Shown here: positions 13,020 to 25,510 of the stretch, one piece after another
Layout of the letters: every line of letters starts with the position of its first letter
How positions within the stretch are numbered: position 1 is the stretch's first letter
DNA from: Isurus oxyrinchus
Taxonomy: Eukaryota
Length of the DNA stretch: 64,000 nt
Assembly (NCBI GenBank): GCA_026770705.1
Contig: JANJGN010000116.1
Location: 558,001-622,000 of the forward strand
Direction: 5' to 3'
The notes under the pieces: generated by a model
The model's database searches: none
Told to the model about the DNA's origin: nothing
What the model saw: only the letters and a program-made list of their open reading frames with translations
Program-made: the position numbers and the translations under genes

Positions 13020-13990
13020 GAAATAGTGTTAGGCAGAACTTTCCTGTTCAACGTTACAAAAAAAGTATCAAATTCCTCCTACAATCACGAGTTAGGGTTT
13101 CCGTAAAGAGACAGTTTGTGTGTAAAATGTAGTGACCGGGCTGAGGTTCACTGTCGGGAATTGAAGAGAGTTAGTAGAGAGTTCAAGAAGCAAACAGAGT
13201 TACAGAGGAAGAAAACTGAAAGATTGGCGAGGAGTAAAACCGCGGTATATGAATGCAGTTCATCATCCTTCAAGTCTTACTCAATGAAGGACCGAAAGGT
13301 GAAATCATCTCACTGCAAAGGAGCTGCTGATTAGTGCAGTGACCAGAAAACATAACTGAAATGAGCAGAATAGTCGTGTTTACTGAGGGAGAGGAAACGG
13401 GGTAAGCAAGGAACAAAAGACGGTTGATACTGACTAGCTGTCATCAGAAAGCAAAATAATGGAAGGAAGAAAGTAAATTATATAAATGAACAAATTTGTG
13501 GCAGGGATTTCAATGTAAGTTACTCTGTCATGTTACGGCCACTGTTTACATGATGCACGTTTATTGTCAGATTATTAATGAATTCTGCCTGGACACTAAT
13601 TACCACATCGTGCATAGCTGGTTTAAAATATCTCGTTTCAGAAAACTGTCCTGCATTATATCTACCAAACCATTAATTCCGATTCAGCCCAGTTGAGGTG
13701 AAAGAGCTAGTTTCTGCGTTAACACACACAGGGAAATATCGCCTGACTTTCTGGGTGAAGATCCCGGGATCTCTGAAACCAACCGCTAATTCTTGACTCT
13801 GACGTTCGTTGATACATCTTTATCTTTTTCTGCATATGTCTTCATAAAACCAACCAATTATCAAATTTTAATGTATGTTTCAAATTTCGGCTTTATTTAT
13901 TTGTATAACTACTATGAACCCGGAATATTAGGAACTCGGGTCCCTTACGTGACAGACCACATTGCATTAACCACTATAGTAAGCAGGAAT
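13020..13990 (+). repeat. Local duplication block A, copy 1 (ends in tRNA-Asp relic)
   Basis: Collinear with 20540-21575 (gtcgggaattgaagag, gattggcgagga, tgagggagagg, cactgtttaca, aatgaattctgcct, ccgattcagcc). Confidence 0.85.
13915..13988 (-). tRNA. tRNA-Asp(GTC) pseudogene
   Basis: Plus strand gaactcgggtcccttacgtgacag...ccactatagtaagcagga matches the reverse complement of tRNA-Asp-GTC. Confidence 0.65.
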
Positions 13991-14487
13991 TGATCCACAT
14001 AGTGGCTTACAGGCTTAGATCTTCCATGCCTCTGACATGCAAACACAAACTCCTTTACAGCGCAGCACAATCGATGATCAATGCGCTGCTGCAGAGGAGA
14101 TGCTATCTGCATCACCTAAACGAGCCTAGTTATCGACCTGTGTAAAGCTGCAAAATGCAATTGTGAACATATGTATATGAGAGATGCAGAGATAATGATG
14201 GACAGGTGGAGAAACAGCGACAGAAAAACCTAATGGTGCAAGAGGACTGGAGGATCGAAAATGTTCTATCCGTGTTCAAGAAAGTGGTTGGAAATCTTCT
14301 TCTTGTAATTTCTGCCGTGTGTGTTTTCGGAACAAAATCTCACTGAAACTGATTAAATTAATCTCCGATCTTGGAGTTCCTTAGCTGAGAGGTTTTAAAT
14401 TAACAATAATAAAAACAGAAAATGCTTGAAAAGCTCAGCAGGTCTGACAGCATCCAAAGAGAGAGTAACGGAGTAAACATTTCTATT

Positions 14488-14559
14488 GGGCATGGCGGAA
14501 ATGCAACACGAATCGACAGCGCGGAAGACACATTATATTCCCTGCTACACCACTAACGC
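14488..14559 (-). tRNA. tRNA-Gly(TCC) pseudogene, heavily decayed
   Basis: gcatggcggaaatgcaacacgaatcgacagcgcggaag...ctacaccactaacgc approximates the reverse complement of tRNA-Gly-TCC. Confidence 0.5.
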
Positions 14560-14971
14560 GGTGTCTAAGCCTTTCTCTGCAGGGACAAATTTCGGGGCAC
14601 TTAGCTACAGCGTAATCCATAAAATTATAACGGGCGGTTGCTAAACAGCCATTCACAATCTCATCTGGAAATATCCTTTGTTTCTTTCCTAGAGCCATTA
14701 CAATTCTGATCAGCTTTTGTACCATGAAACCTTTTCTCTTCTGCACCCCAAAAACCCAGCTCACCACCAAAAACCCTCACACACCTATTTTGTTAACCTT
14801 GGGCCTTCTCACTCTCCTCTGGTTTAAATTTGTTATCTTTCTATCTTTCTTTTGTTCTGATGCAAAGCCAACGACCTGGCCAGTTCACTGTGTTTGTCTA
14901 CACTGATGCTCTATGCTCTATGATCTGCTCAGCATTTTCGGGATTTTTTTGGGCTCCCCCCCCCCCCACCC

Positions 14972-15002
<31 letters not shown>

Positions 15003-15804
15003 ACTTTTTCACTATTTATGCTATTTTCCTTTAAAATTTGAAAGGCTTGCGAGAAGGTTGCGAAACATATTTATATTCTTCGCTCTTCCTCCATGCTAAT
15101 CATCCAGTTTTCTTCCTTCACAACCGTGTCTGTCTCCTGATCTCCCTCCTAACTCTCCTCAATTCCAAATAATAAACCACAGCTCAGTCGCTAAGCTGAA
15201 GCCACTGACGGCCCCTGAAATGAAGTCTCCCTGCCTGATTTCTGCAAAATGATTTGTCACAAGCTTTCTAGATTTTAAGGAAAACAGATCAGTCAGTCAA
15301 AGAGCCAATTTCTATTGGCTGGTAATCTCGGACTCAAAGCATTAAAATTAGAGATTCCAGCATGGAAATTAGGAACCGATTCTACACACCAATCGTGATG
15401 GAACTTCAGGGCTAAACAGGGCCTAAAGCTTTTTGTATTTTCAACCTGAGCTCCATCGAGTTTTGTTAAAGGAGGGTGTTAAGGAATATGAGGCAAAGGC
15501 GAGCAAATGTAGTTATTCGCCAAATAGAGGCAACATCATTGTAATATTCTAGGGGCTAATAAGCCTCAGCAGGTGCAAATGTCGAGAGAAATCATTCACC
15601 TTCCAGCTGAGGGTTCTGCAGCCTTCTGGACACAACATGGAGTACAGCACATTTAGATCACAACATGTGCGTTCTTGCGCCTATTTTTATTTCCCTGGTT
15701 TAGTTTTGTCACGGCTCTTTCTTTATCCTTCATGTTACATTTAGATGTTTGCTATGCTGCCATTCACAACCTCACTTGGACACGTTTGATTCTTTACTAA
15801 ACCC

Positions 15805-16370
15805 TCAGAAATACAGAAATGTTATAGCGCAGCAGAACGACATACAGCCCTTCCTGTCTGCAACAGCCCTTGAATTAGTCATTCGTCTTCTTATCCCTCT
15901 AGACCTGCACATTCTTTCTTTTGAGATAACAGGCTAATTCACTTTTTAATGTTTCAATTGAAACTGCCTCCACCAAACTCAGGCAGCACATCCCAAACTG
16001 GAACCACGTTCAGCGCGAAAAAAATGTTTTCCCTCATGTCATTTTAGCTTATTTTGCCAACTAGTTTCAATCTGTGCCATCTCGAACTCGATCCTATCAC
16101 GGATGGGAACACGCCCCCCTTATGCACACGGCCCAAACCCCTGACGATTTTCAATACCTCTAGCAAATCAACTCCCACACATTTTTCTCCAAGCAGAACA
16201 GTTCTAACTTCTCCAATCTACTTTCACAACTGAATTTCCCCATCCTGGAAACCATTCTTGTGAATCTTCTCAGCCCTCTTTCCAACATGCTATGCATCTT
16301 CACATTCTTCCTCAAGTTCAGTGCCCAGAACCAAACTGGAAAAACCAACTGGGGCTGAAATAGTGCCCTC
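15805..16370 (-). mobile_element. CR1 LINE 3' fragment
   Basis: WFWALNLRKNVK..LERGLRRFTRMVSRMGKFSCESRLEKLELF. Confidence 0.75.
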
Positions 16371-17785
16371 TACAAACCTCCTTCAACAATTGCCCATTAC
16401 AGCACTCTTTGTGCATGAAAAATGCTGCCTCCTGCTGCCGCAGGCAATCACTTTCGAAGTGACCCTACAACCAATGGGTCAGATCTAAACTCTGCAGCCC
16501 TGACCCATCGAAGCAGGAATAGTGGTGGACAATTAAAAGGCTAACTGTACGGGGAAGCTGCCCGAATAAATGAAGGCCTGCTCACACATCAATCTAAATG
16601 CTTGCACATGCCTTGTTTGGTTTGGGTGCATCAACGGTCCGTGTTGCAAATTGGGACCTTTAGCTTTGTTGACCTGCGAAGATCATTTCAAACTTATGAC
16701 CATCCTTGAGTAGCTCTTTGATGCTAATTATTTTAGGCTTGTCTAGCAAGTCTTTCTGGAATGTGTCTCTGCGATTAATAACTGAACGATTCTGTTGGCT
16801 ATTTCTGCACTTGAAAAATGATACAATGGACCCCTTTGCATCTGTTGATGAGGGTGTCCATGGGTTCGGTCGGCTGTTGTAGAAATGATATGACCTGTCG
16901 TTGATGAATACTGAAGTTTAAAGCGATTCCGAGGTAGTCTTCCAATGTAATCAATTTATTTGCGGATCCTTTAGCTATTCTGCTGTTAATCCTGACTAGT
17001 TCAGCCTGCGTTAACCTTCATTCACAATTGTTAGGCGAATTTTAATGGCTTGCTTGTCTGGCTAAGACACACTGAATCGGAAAAAAAACTATTGATCTGT
17101 TTAAACTTTTTGAAATCGGGCGATACATCAGCTTCATCCCATTTCAATCTGGGAATATTGTGGCCATATTGGCGATGCCCCTTCGACCTTCCTTCTTCTG
17201 TAGTACTGGAATGACTGTCACTCTGGTTGCTTTTGCTGACTTTTCCAAAGTTGTGCCTAATTATTCGCAGCCTTCTCTGGCCTGCTTTTTAAACGGTTTG
17301 CTTTATTTTATTATTTATTTGACTCACAGTCGCTCACTCTCAATCCATTCCAGGCCCTGGACAGTCGCATATCTTGACTGACCCAATCTAGTGCTGGTCC
17401 TCGTGACACCCTTTCCCACTCACAGAAGTGACATGCCATACATTTCAATCTAACCATGAGGGGTCCGTCTGCTACCCTGCGCTTCATTTGAACACTATCT
17501 GACTCTGTCCTACAAGCTTTCTTGGACAGACAAAACGCTGGCTTCTCAAGGCTCTCGGATCTCCGACTTACTTGCTATCTGATCAATACATCAAGAGTCG
17601 CCTCATGCCATGTAGCATAAGCTGATACTGTTCACTAATCGTATCTGTATTCAATCTTACAGCTAGTCTGTCTGACCACAGCTGAACACCATTTCCTGTT
17701 GGTTAAATGATATAGTCACCAAAACCCATTAAGATGTTGGGTAAATGCATTGAGATACTTCAACGCATTCAATTGACTGTTATCA

Positions 17786-17857
17786 GTGATTGTGGTCTAG
17801 TGATGGACATAGCTGCTTTTCAAGCAGTTGATGTGGGCTCAATTCCCAACAATCGCA
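17786..17857 (+). tRNA. tRNA-Gly(TCC)-derived pseudogene, anticodon now TTC
   Basis: 72-nt ungapped alignment to tRNA-Gly-TCC; acceptor stem GTGATTG/CAATCGC still pairs; loop TTTTCAA; B box GTTCGA changed to GCTCAA. Confidence 0.85.
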
Positions 17858-18906
17858 GTTTGTTCATTTCAAATCTCTGAGAGCAAGCAAGTTTTGATGA
17901 GATTAAATTTTGCTCCAAAAACGCACGCGGCTGTAATTCAAGCAAAGCAATTTCCAAGCTCCATTTACATAACAGAGAAGTGAAGTCTTGGAGGGATTTG
18001 AAAGTGAGGATGAGGATTTTATAATTGAGGAATTGCCGTATGAGGAGTTAGTTTACTGGGTCAGCAATCACAGGGGTGATTGGTGCGGTTTCATATATTT
18101 AGATTAGGGACATAGAAATATTTATCCAGAGGTAGAAAGCTTGAATGCATCACAACTGTTCTGCTCACAGGCAGCAGTGAAACTACGACTGGGTTGCACT
18201 GTCCATTTCCTTTCTAGTTTGTCAGGCTGCTGTCTCTTAAACGCAAATTACAACACCTATGTACATTTTACCCTAGAATATGCAGGATGTCAACTGATAT
18301 ATCGGGATATGACCTAATTACTTCAGATAGAACATAAATGCACAAGGAACTGAGCTGGGCATTGACCGCTTCACAGGAAAAATTGAGATGGGAAAGCGAT
18401 GAAATACTGAAAGAATTAATCTCAAAAAAAAGATAAATACGGGAAAAACCCTGAAGCTCTGACAGTTTCGCGCAGCGGGTCTGTTATTTAAAGATTCTAT
18501 AGACCTGTAATATTGATCTACCCTTCCTCTTTCGGACCTGATTGCAACACCTTCTGTTCTTATTTCAGATTCCCAGCGTGAGTTATCTGTCCCTTTCTGA
18601 ACAATTAATCAATCTCTGTGCTGATATCAATATCCAAATAAAGAAATGAGAAGCAGCAGAAGGAAAGGTTTAATGGAATTAATGAATTTTATTTAATGTG
18701 GTTAAACCTATCCTGGCTCCACACTAAAGTTCAGCAATGAGGAACAAACCTGAGTAACATTCTAAATGGATGGTAAGTGGAGGTTGTAAATCTTTGTATT
18801 TGAATAACAGCTGCATGTTTTCTCCATGCAAGATCTCAGCGATTCTGATCAAATAAAGCTCCGAGTGTGGGGTTACTTATTTGAGAAGTTTTAAAAATCA
18901 ACAAAC

Positions 18907-18979
18907 TGCGATGTCGGGTAATTGAACCAGAGTCAACAGCTTGAAAAAGCAAGACCGCACACTACTATTACACCATCGC
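18907..18979 (-). tRNA. tRNA-Gly(TCC)-derived pseudogene
   Basis: tgcgatgtcgggtaattgaaccagagtcaacagcttgaaaaagc...actattacaccatcgc matches the reverse complement of tRNA-Gly. Confidence 0.75.
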
Positions 18980-18989
18980 TGAATTGGGT

Positions 18990-19615
18990 ACTTTCACAGC
19001 AGCAAACTGTCCCAAGGCACTTAAGAACGTTATCATTAAAAATAAGGCTGATGCTCAGCGACTGATGGAGAACTTAGGTCTGGTGACAAAAGCTTTCTCT
19101 GAGAGGTAGATTTTAAGGAGTTTCCAAAAGATGAGAGGGAGCTCGAGAAGTGGGGCGGTTTGGGAAGGGCGCCCATGATTTTAGACCAGGTCAGGTGAAT
19201 GCACGGTTGTCAATGCAGTAGAGAGTAAAACCCGTTATGTGCAAGATGACAGTAGAGCAGAAGTAAGAAAGTTTTCTTGGGCTGGAGGAGGTTAAATAGA
19301 AATAGAGGGGTGAATTCAGGGAGATATTTTAAAGTCAGGATGAGTGTTTTAAATATGAGGCATTGCCGGGTTAGGCGTCAGTGTCGGTCAGAAAACATGG
19401 GGGTGATTGGTGAACTGAACTTGGTTCAGGAGAAGTTCCAGGAAACAGAATTTTGGTTGAGCACAGGTGTATGTAGGGTGGAGATGGGAGGCCGGCCAGG
19501 GGAACACTAGAATAGTCAAGACCTGAGTGAACGAAGACATGGATGAGAGTTTCAGCAGCAGGTGAACTGAGGCAGGAACGGACTTGGCCGATGTTTATGA
19601 TGTGCAAGTCCATTC
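18990..19615 (-). mobile_element. L2 LINE 3' fragment
   Basis: AAETLIHVFVHSGLDYSSVPLAGLP, the L2 RT C-terminal motif (LIHAFVTSRLDYSN.LLAGLP). Confidence 0.75.
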
Positions 19616-19689
19616 TGTTCATCTGATAACATCCTGTCAGAGTCTCTAATATCATGCAGTTTTATCAGATATATTGGAGGGGAAAATAG

Positions 19690-20130
19690 ATACAGCGTCA
19701 GGTATTATTGATCAATGTTGGAATTTTTGCTGTATCTGTATCTCTCGAAAACTATGCCAGTGCCGGACTTTTCACATTTCATTGCAATTCGAAACTGAAC
19801 AGAATATCCCAGAATGTGGCCAAGGACTGAGAGCCTTTAAGTCTGACATTTTCCCCTTGAAGTAGCCCAATTGGGAGCATTTCCTGCAGGACATTTGTTG
19901 TTCATGAACTATTAATATCAATAATTTGTGGGTTCACTGAGGAGGATGAAGTGTCAGTGAACAGACTGGAGTGTCACAGTTATTCTGTTCCCAGCTCTCC
20001 AGCTCCCAGCCTTTTAGTGAGGAATCGGTCTCCCAGGGATTCTGTTGTCCCCATTTTCGCCCGATTCCCGACTCTTAACATTGAGTGAACTGGCAGCTGC
20101 CAGTAACTCCAGCATTGGGATCCTGGTGAG
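19690..20130 (+). repeat. Duplication block B, copy 1
   Basis: Collinear with 60610-61033 (ctttcacatttca, attaatatcaa, ttcactgag..gatgaag, tgtcacagtt.ttctgttccc, ctctccagctc, cgcccgatt, tcctggtgag). Confidence 0.8.
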
Positions 20131-20539
20131 TTCATTGTGGTTCAGTGTTTAAACAGTACAATAACAAACAAGGTTCATGAGGAATATCATAAATCAGATT
20201 CAGGATTGTATGAGGTCACGGGGGCAATGTGCGCTCTCGACCTTCTGATTCAGGTTCCTGAACGTTACGGAAAAATAAATTATATTTGTGCATTGTTGCT
20301 GTTGTGGTCGTATGGATTATTAGATGATGCGTTTCACTTCTGTTTGTCGTGCAAGGTTGTCAGAAGATTGTCGGGCAGAGTCCTACAATTTTTCTTATCA
20401 TTGGTCCATGCAGATAAATTGCCTTGAACAGAAGTTCTAGCGCACTTTGTGTGTAGAATTATTTTTCAATTTCCCGCAGAAAAATCTCTGGCTTTAAATC
20501 TTCGATGGTGGCACTGAGTCGTCTGTTCACAGTCAAGGG

Positions 20540-21575
20540 GAATTGTTTCCGATTTTCCATACCTGTTCAAACTTGCAAAAAAAATGTATAGAATCCTTAC
20601 TGCAATCATGACGAATTACTACGGCACAGGGACAGTCAGTGGGTTCTATGTAGAGACTGAATTGTGGTTTGGTGTCGGGAATTGAAGAGTATCAGGAGGG
20701 AGTTCAAGAGACAATCAGAGTTGCAAAGGAAGACAACTGGATGATTGGCGAGGAGGAAGAGAGAAGAATAAAAATGGCGTTCATCATCTTTCAAATTTTA
20801 TTCAATGAAAGGCCCAAAGAGAAAATAATCTCTGTGCCAGGGATCTGCTGATAGTGAAATGACCAGAAAATAGAACTGGAATTTGGAGAATCATCGTGTT
20901 CGCTGAGGGAGAGGCAATGCTATAAGAAAAGATAAGTTCGGAGGGGTGCGGTGATGAAAGGCAGGATTCTGAATAGCTGTTGTCCGAAAGCAAAGGAAAT
21001 AAAGGGCAAATTGCATTTTAAAAATGAACAAAATGGTGGCAGAGATTATAATGTATATAACCCTCTCATTTTACAGTCACTGTTTACAAGATGCAACTTT
21101 ACTGTGAGATTATGAATGAATTCTGCCTAGTTAGATTACAAAGTCGTGTATGGCCTGTTCCTCTCGGTTTTAAAATAACCTATTTCAGCAAACTGTCCTG
21201 CTTTCAAACAACAAAATTCAATGATTTCACAGAAATGCCGATTCAGCCTAGTTTAAGTGAAAGAGCCAACATTGGTGTTAGGACACATATCGAATTGTGG
21301 GCTGACTGTTGGAATGAAGGGCCGTTCCTCTCAAGGAACACTAAAATTCCTGTATCTCTAAAAAACTACTGCTGATCCTGAATCTGCCTGTCGCTGATAA
21401 GAAATATTTATCCGCACTGTCTTTTTACATATCAAACTGTCCAGTGTTAAAGTCCATTTCCAATTTCGTGTGTTTTCTTTCTTAAAGATAAAAAGAAACC
21501 TACGCCTGATTGCGGAATGGAACCCTAGTCTCCCTCATGATCAGTTGGCATACTAATCATTATACTAACGAGGAG
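20540..21575 (+). repeat. Local duplication block A, copy 2 (ends in tRNA-Asp relic)
   Basis: Collinear with 13020-13990. Confidence 0.85.
21502..21574 (-). tRNA. tRNA-Asp(GTC) pseudogene
   Basis: ggaatggaaccctagtctccctcatgatcag...tactaatcattatactaacgagga matches the reverse complement of tRNA-Asp; a minus-strand T5 tract lies downstream (21490-21494). Confidence 0.8.
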
Positions 21576-21838
21576 TTTCGAATCTTGGCGCAGAGTGGAG
21601 AAACCTGGGGTTATCTTCACTCAGTAACAACTTAAAGTGCTGAAGTGTTAAAATGTGTGACTGGAGGTGTTGCGAGCTTCCTTCTGTTGTTTCATCGATT
21701 AGAAGGATGACAGGATGCCTTCTCTGAGGGAACTCGCTGTTCCTCAATCCCAATCAGGAATTTATGATGCTTGATAATCTACAGATTAACAGAGTTGTTG
21801 AATTGTCCTCTGATCAGCACATGCATATGATGAAGCAT

Positions 21839-21890
21839 TCCTCGTTAGGACAGTGTCTCGATTTGTCAATGAGATATTGCGGCCGACAGT
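21839..21890 (+). tRNA. Internally deleted tRNA-Asp relic
   Basis: TCCTCGTTAG..AGTG..TGTCA..AGA..CCGAC retains tRNA-Asp landmarks in order. Confidence 0.4.
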
Positions 21891-23349
21891 TAGATCTGCG
21901 GATGTAATACTCACACCAGACTTCAGGGAAATTGCCAATATCACGATTTGTCACTGAATACTCGGCAGACGCCTGTGCACAATAATATGCACGGACTGAT
22001 GAAATAATGTAAATCCTGCACCTGCAGTTAAAGCCTAGGAGAGTTCGGAGACAATGAAAGTGTCATCAATTCAGGTTATCTGTTTTGTGGCAAATGCTGG
22101 CAAAATAATACTTCCTCTGACCCCAATTTGGGGTTTCTAAAACGGATAGTGATTTATTTTTTTCCTCTTGAAGCATTTCCTGACCGGGAACCCCGTAAGG
22201 TAAAATGAAGTTTAAAATGAAACGTGAATATATTTATGTTCACCCTGCAGTGACGGGGAAACCTCCCCGACCACACCCCCCACCCCCCACACCCCATCCA
22301 CGCCCTGTCATTGTTCTGTCCAGCATCCTGCTGGGCCGCCATCTTGCATTTGTGCAGCAGCTATTTATTATTCAGTTCAGCTCTGTCTATCCCGTCATTG
22401 GCTCTCCATTCTATCTTATGAACTCCGAGAAGGCAACGCATTCGCTTGATAAAATCACAAGGGAGAGACTCTTTTCCTGAAACATTTGGTCCCAGGCCGA
22501 GTGTTTATTTCACCACCCAGACGTCCCTTAAAATTACATGCAATATATTAACTTGCTTTATAAATGCCTGGTTACTGGTTGTTATATGCACTCGCCCTTG
22601 TCAGCGTCAATGGCCTTCAAGGGTAAAGACTTCTTCCTATCTGCTGTAGAAGTTTTGCCCTTGCAGCTTGAGTTCGGTAGGACATCACTAGTAAAGGTTG
22701 CATTCACCAGGTGGCTTCCAACCAGATTTCTCTTTTCTAATTTTTTCAGTATCTCCAGTTGTTCCAGTGCTAAAAAAAAAACTGACGATGTTGCAGTTCC
22801 ATCTTCTCTTGGCCTTGGTGTTGAAAGTTAGGGATTTAAATTGCTTTCCTGATTGTACAATGACTGCAAATGTGTGTTGCTGCTAAAACACCATGGGGTG
22901 TGAAAACTAGACATGATATTTTAATTTCCTGAGCGAATTGTACTTACGTCAAATCTCCCTTCCTACTCACATTCTTGAATCCTGCCTCCAAGAGTCATCC
23001 TTTGTGTAAAAATGGTTTCTTGTGGGCCCTGGAGCTTGGCAATTTCAGCATGCATGAGTGGTTGATTGGTTGTTGTCCTCTGAGTTTTGCCATAATGCTG
23101 GGAATAACAGCTGGTCTGTTTACAAAAGATTTTTTAAAAAATGTTTCAATGATGGACATTCAACCATCATAAACAACGAGTCTCAGTGAGATCGCTGTGA
23201 TTTCACCTTTAAATTCCCACAGTGGTGACAAGAATCAATCATTGGTGTTGACCAACCTCAAAGCTTCGGGAATGAAATAGGCAGGCCACTATATGCCTTA
23301 GTGAGCGGCAGAGTATGGTCCTTCTTCATTCTCTCAAAAGTTACAGCCC

Positions 23350-23640
23350 TGACAAGGCCGGCATCCCTATCCCTTGACAATGGTTAAACGTCAACCACGT
23401 TTCTGCAGGCCAGATTGGGTAAGGGCACTAGATTTGCATCGCTAAAGGACATTTGTGAAACAGTTTTTTTTTTTACTACAATCGATGAGATTCTAATCTG
23501 TGGTAGCATTATTCAAGTTAATTTTATATCCCAGAATTTCTAAACCGATTTTAAATTTGATCAGCTGACGTAGTTGGATTTGAACCTGTGTCCAGTTAGC
23601 ATAAGCCTCTCTGGATTACTAATCCAGTGACATGGCGAGG
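23350..23640 (-). mobile_element. tRNA-headed SINE (SacSINE1-like)
   Basis: tRNA-like head (ggatttgaacctg...ctctggattactaatccagtga), core gccagattgggtaagg...ctaaaggacatttgtgaa, and tail gcatccctatcccttga resembling the LINE tail at 35460-35530. Confidence 0.6.
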
Positions 23641-25510
23641 GAAAAAGGCCAGTTAATTGATGTAGGCCCCAGTATCTTTGACACACATTTTGCAATGAAT
23701 GTCTCGGGAAAGTCTAGGTCGATAACAGGATGCGACCACTCAATGTGACCTAATTTCATGTAATGGAGGGAAGATTCCACAAGCACTCACCCAGTTTTGA
23801 TCTTCAAACCTGCTCTCAATTGCAACCTTTGCCCTCCAAGAGACCAAAAATGTCCCCTTGAGCAGCAACTTACCAGGGTTCAAAGCATCAATGGAAAAAG
23901 GAAAGGCACAGATCTTTATCTTGCTCCCCAGAAGAATCCAAGGGTTATAAATGCAATGCCGTCGAGGGATTATCCAGATGAATTTCATTACATTCAATTC
24001 CAGAATCTCTATTCACACAACTCTGTTTTCAGGTGCCTCAAACAATTCATCATAATGTGTCGGGACACGGTAATCACACACTGTAGAGGAAGTTGCTGTT
24101 TAGTGGGGTGCAGCAGGGAACAGAGAATTCTTACCCAGATTGTCACCAAATAACATGCTCGTGACTTGGCCCAGCTGTTCAACTGAGCCTGTGGCCTCTC
24201 GTTCTTTGCAATCAGGATACCATTCTACTGCCTCGGGGAATCCATTTCAGCCTGTCACACTCGGTAGCTAAACTCTGGCATGCATGGAGATGGATAAAAT
24301 GCTGTTAGACCTGCGATGCTCGACTGTGCTTGCCAATTACTCTACCACATAGGTTCGGTTGTTGCCAAATGAAGCTCAGCAGAATGTGGCTGTGAATGCA
24401 GCTGGTGAGGGGCTCCGCGTCTCATTGGCCTGACGTGGCTGTTTTCATTCTGACTGGGGGCTAAACTTTGAGGCTCAGCCTCCTGTTGCCTTCCCTCCTT
24501 CCCACTGGCTGGATCAATTGGCTCCTTTACGCTGTGTTTGTATGGAGTGTCTGTTTTCACCAATGCTGAGCACTGCTAGCTGCCACTGGTGGAGGTTGAC
24601 ACTGTCCTGGCGGTAGTTGGTTCCTCCTCCTCCTCATCCTCAAACTTCGCAATTATCCCTGGAAACAGCGGTCAGCTGGGCTTCAAAAACTAGATTCAAG
24701 TGAAAGAAGCTGTTTTCACTTTTTTTCTTTGGTGTGCCACTCCCATTGCCATGGAGTCCAGCTGAGGAGATGGCACACTACACTTGGCCTTTACTTTTTT
24801 CACCTTCTGTGCGCTCACTCCTGCAGCATGGTGACCAGCTGCAGATTAAAAGTGTGCTGGGAGATCTTGATCTCCATTCTAAACTCGGCAAAAATAACAT
24901 TGGAATGTCTCAGAATTCAGTCAATTTTTAATGAATAGGATTGATTTAACGGCATAGTTTCTATTATATTTTCTGCAGCTTTTAGCATCTGCCTCAGTAT
25001 CAGCGCAATGATCATTGCATGTACTGCACTGTTTAGACAAGAATATAAATCATGGGCCTGAGTTCATTATGAAATGAATGTCTTTGACCTATACTCGGAA
25101 GCCCAAGCAGAAGATTTTGGGAAACAATTACTCAGATTCAGTTCCTAACCCGGTTTTTGGCCGTTTTACAATCGGCATTGTTGGGCAGGTCCCCAGAAGG
25201 ATTCAATTAGCTACAATTTCCCCAGCAAGTGGGCTCAAATTCATTGCAGCCTCCTGTGTGCAGCAACAGAGGAAAATGAAGACACCTTACGGCCGATTTA
25301 CAAAATGTCCCCTAAGATCTTTCCTTGTACCATTCATTTAACCCACCCGCACCCCAAAGCCACTCCCCACCTCCCCCGTCGACTCCCACCCTTCCTGTCG
25401 AACCTTCCAGTCGCTCATGGCAGACAGCGGTTCAATACTGGTGAAGAGCTCCACGATCCAGGAAACCGGACACAACTTTCGGGTCACTGTGGCTGGCTCT
25501 GCTAGGGGCG

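Noticed and set aside
15178-15240. AGCTCAGTCG tRNA A-box-like motif
   Set aside because: No anticodon arm or B box follows.
16600-17700. Gypsy-like and CR1 ORF1-like traces
   Set aside because: Probably real transposon debris, but too decayed to bound or classify.
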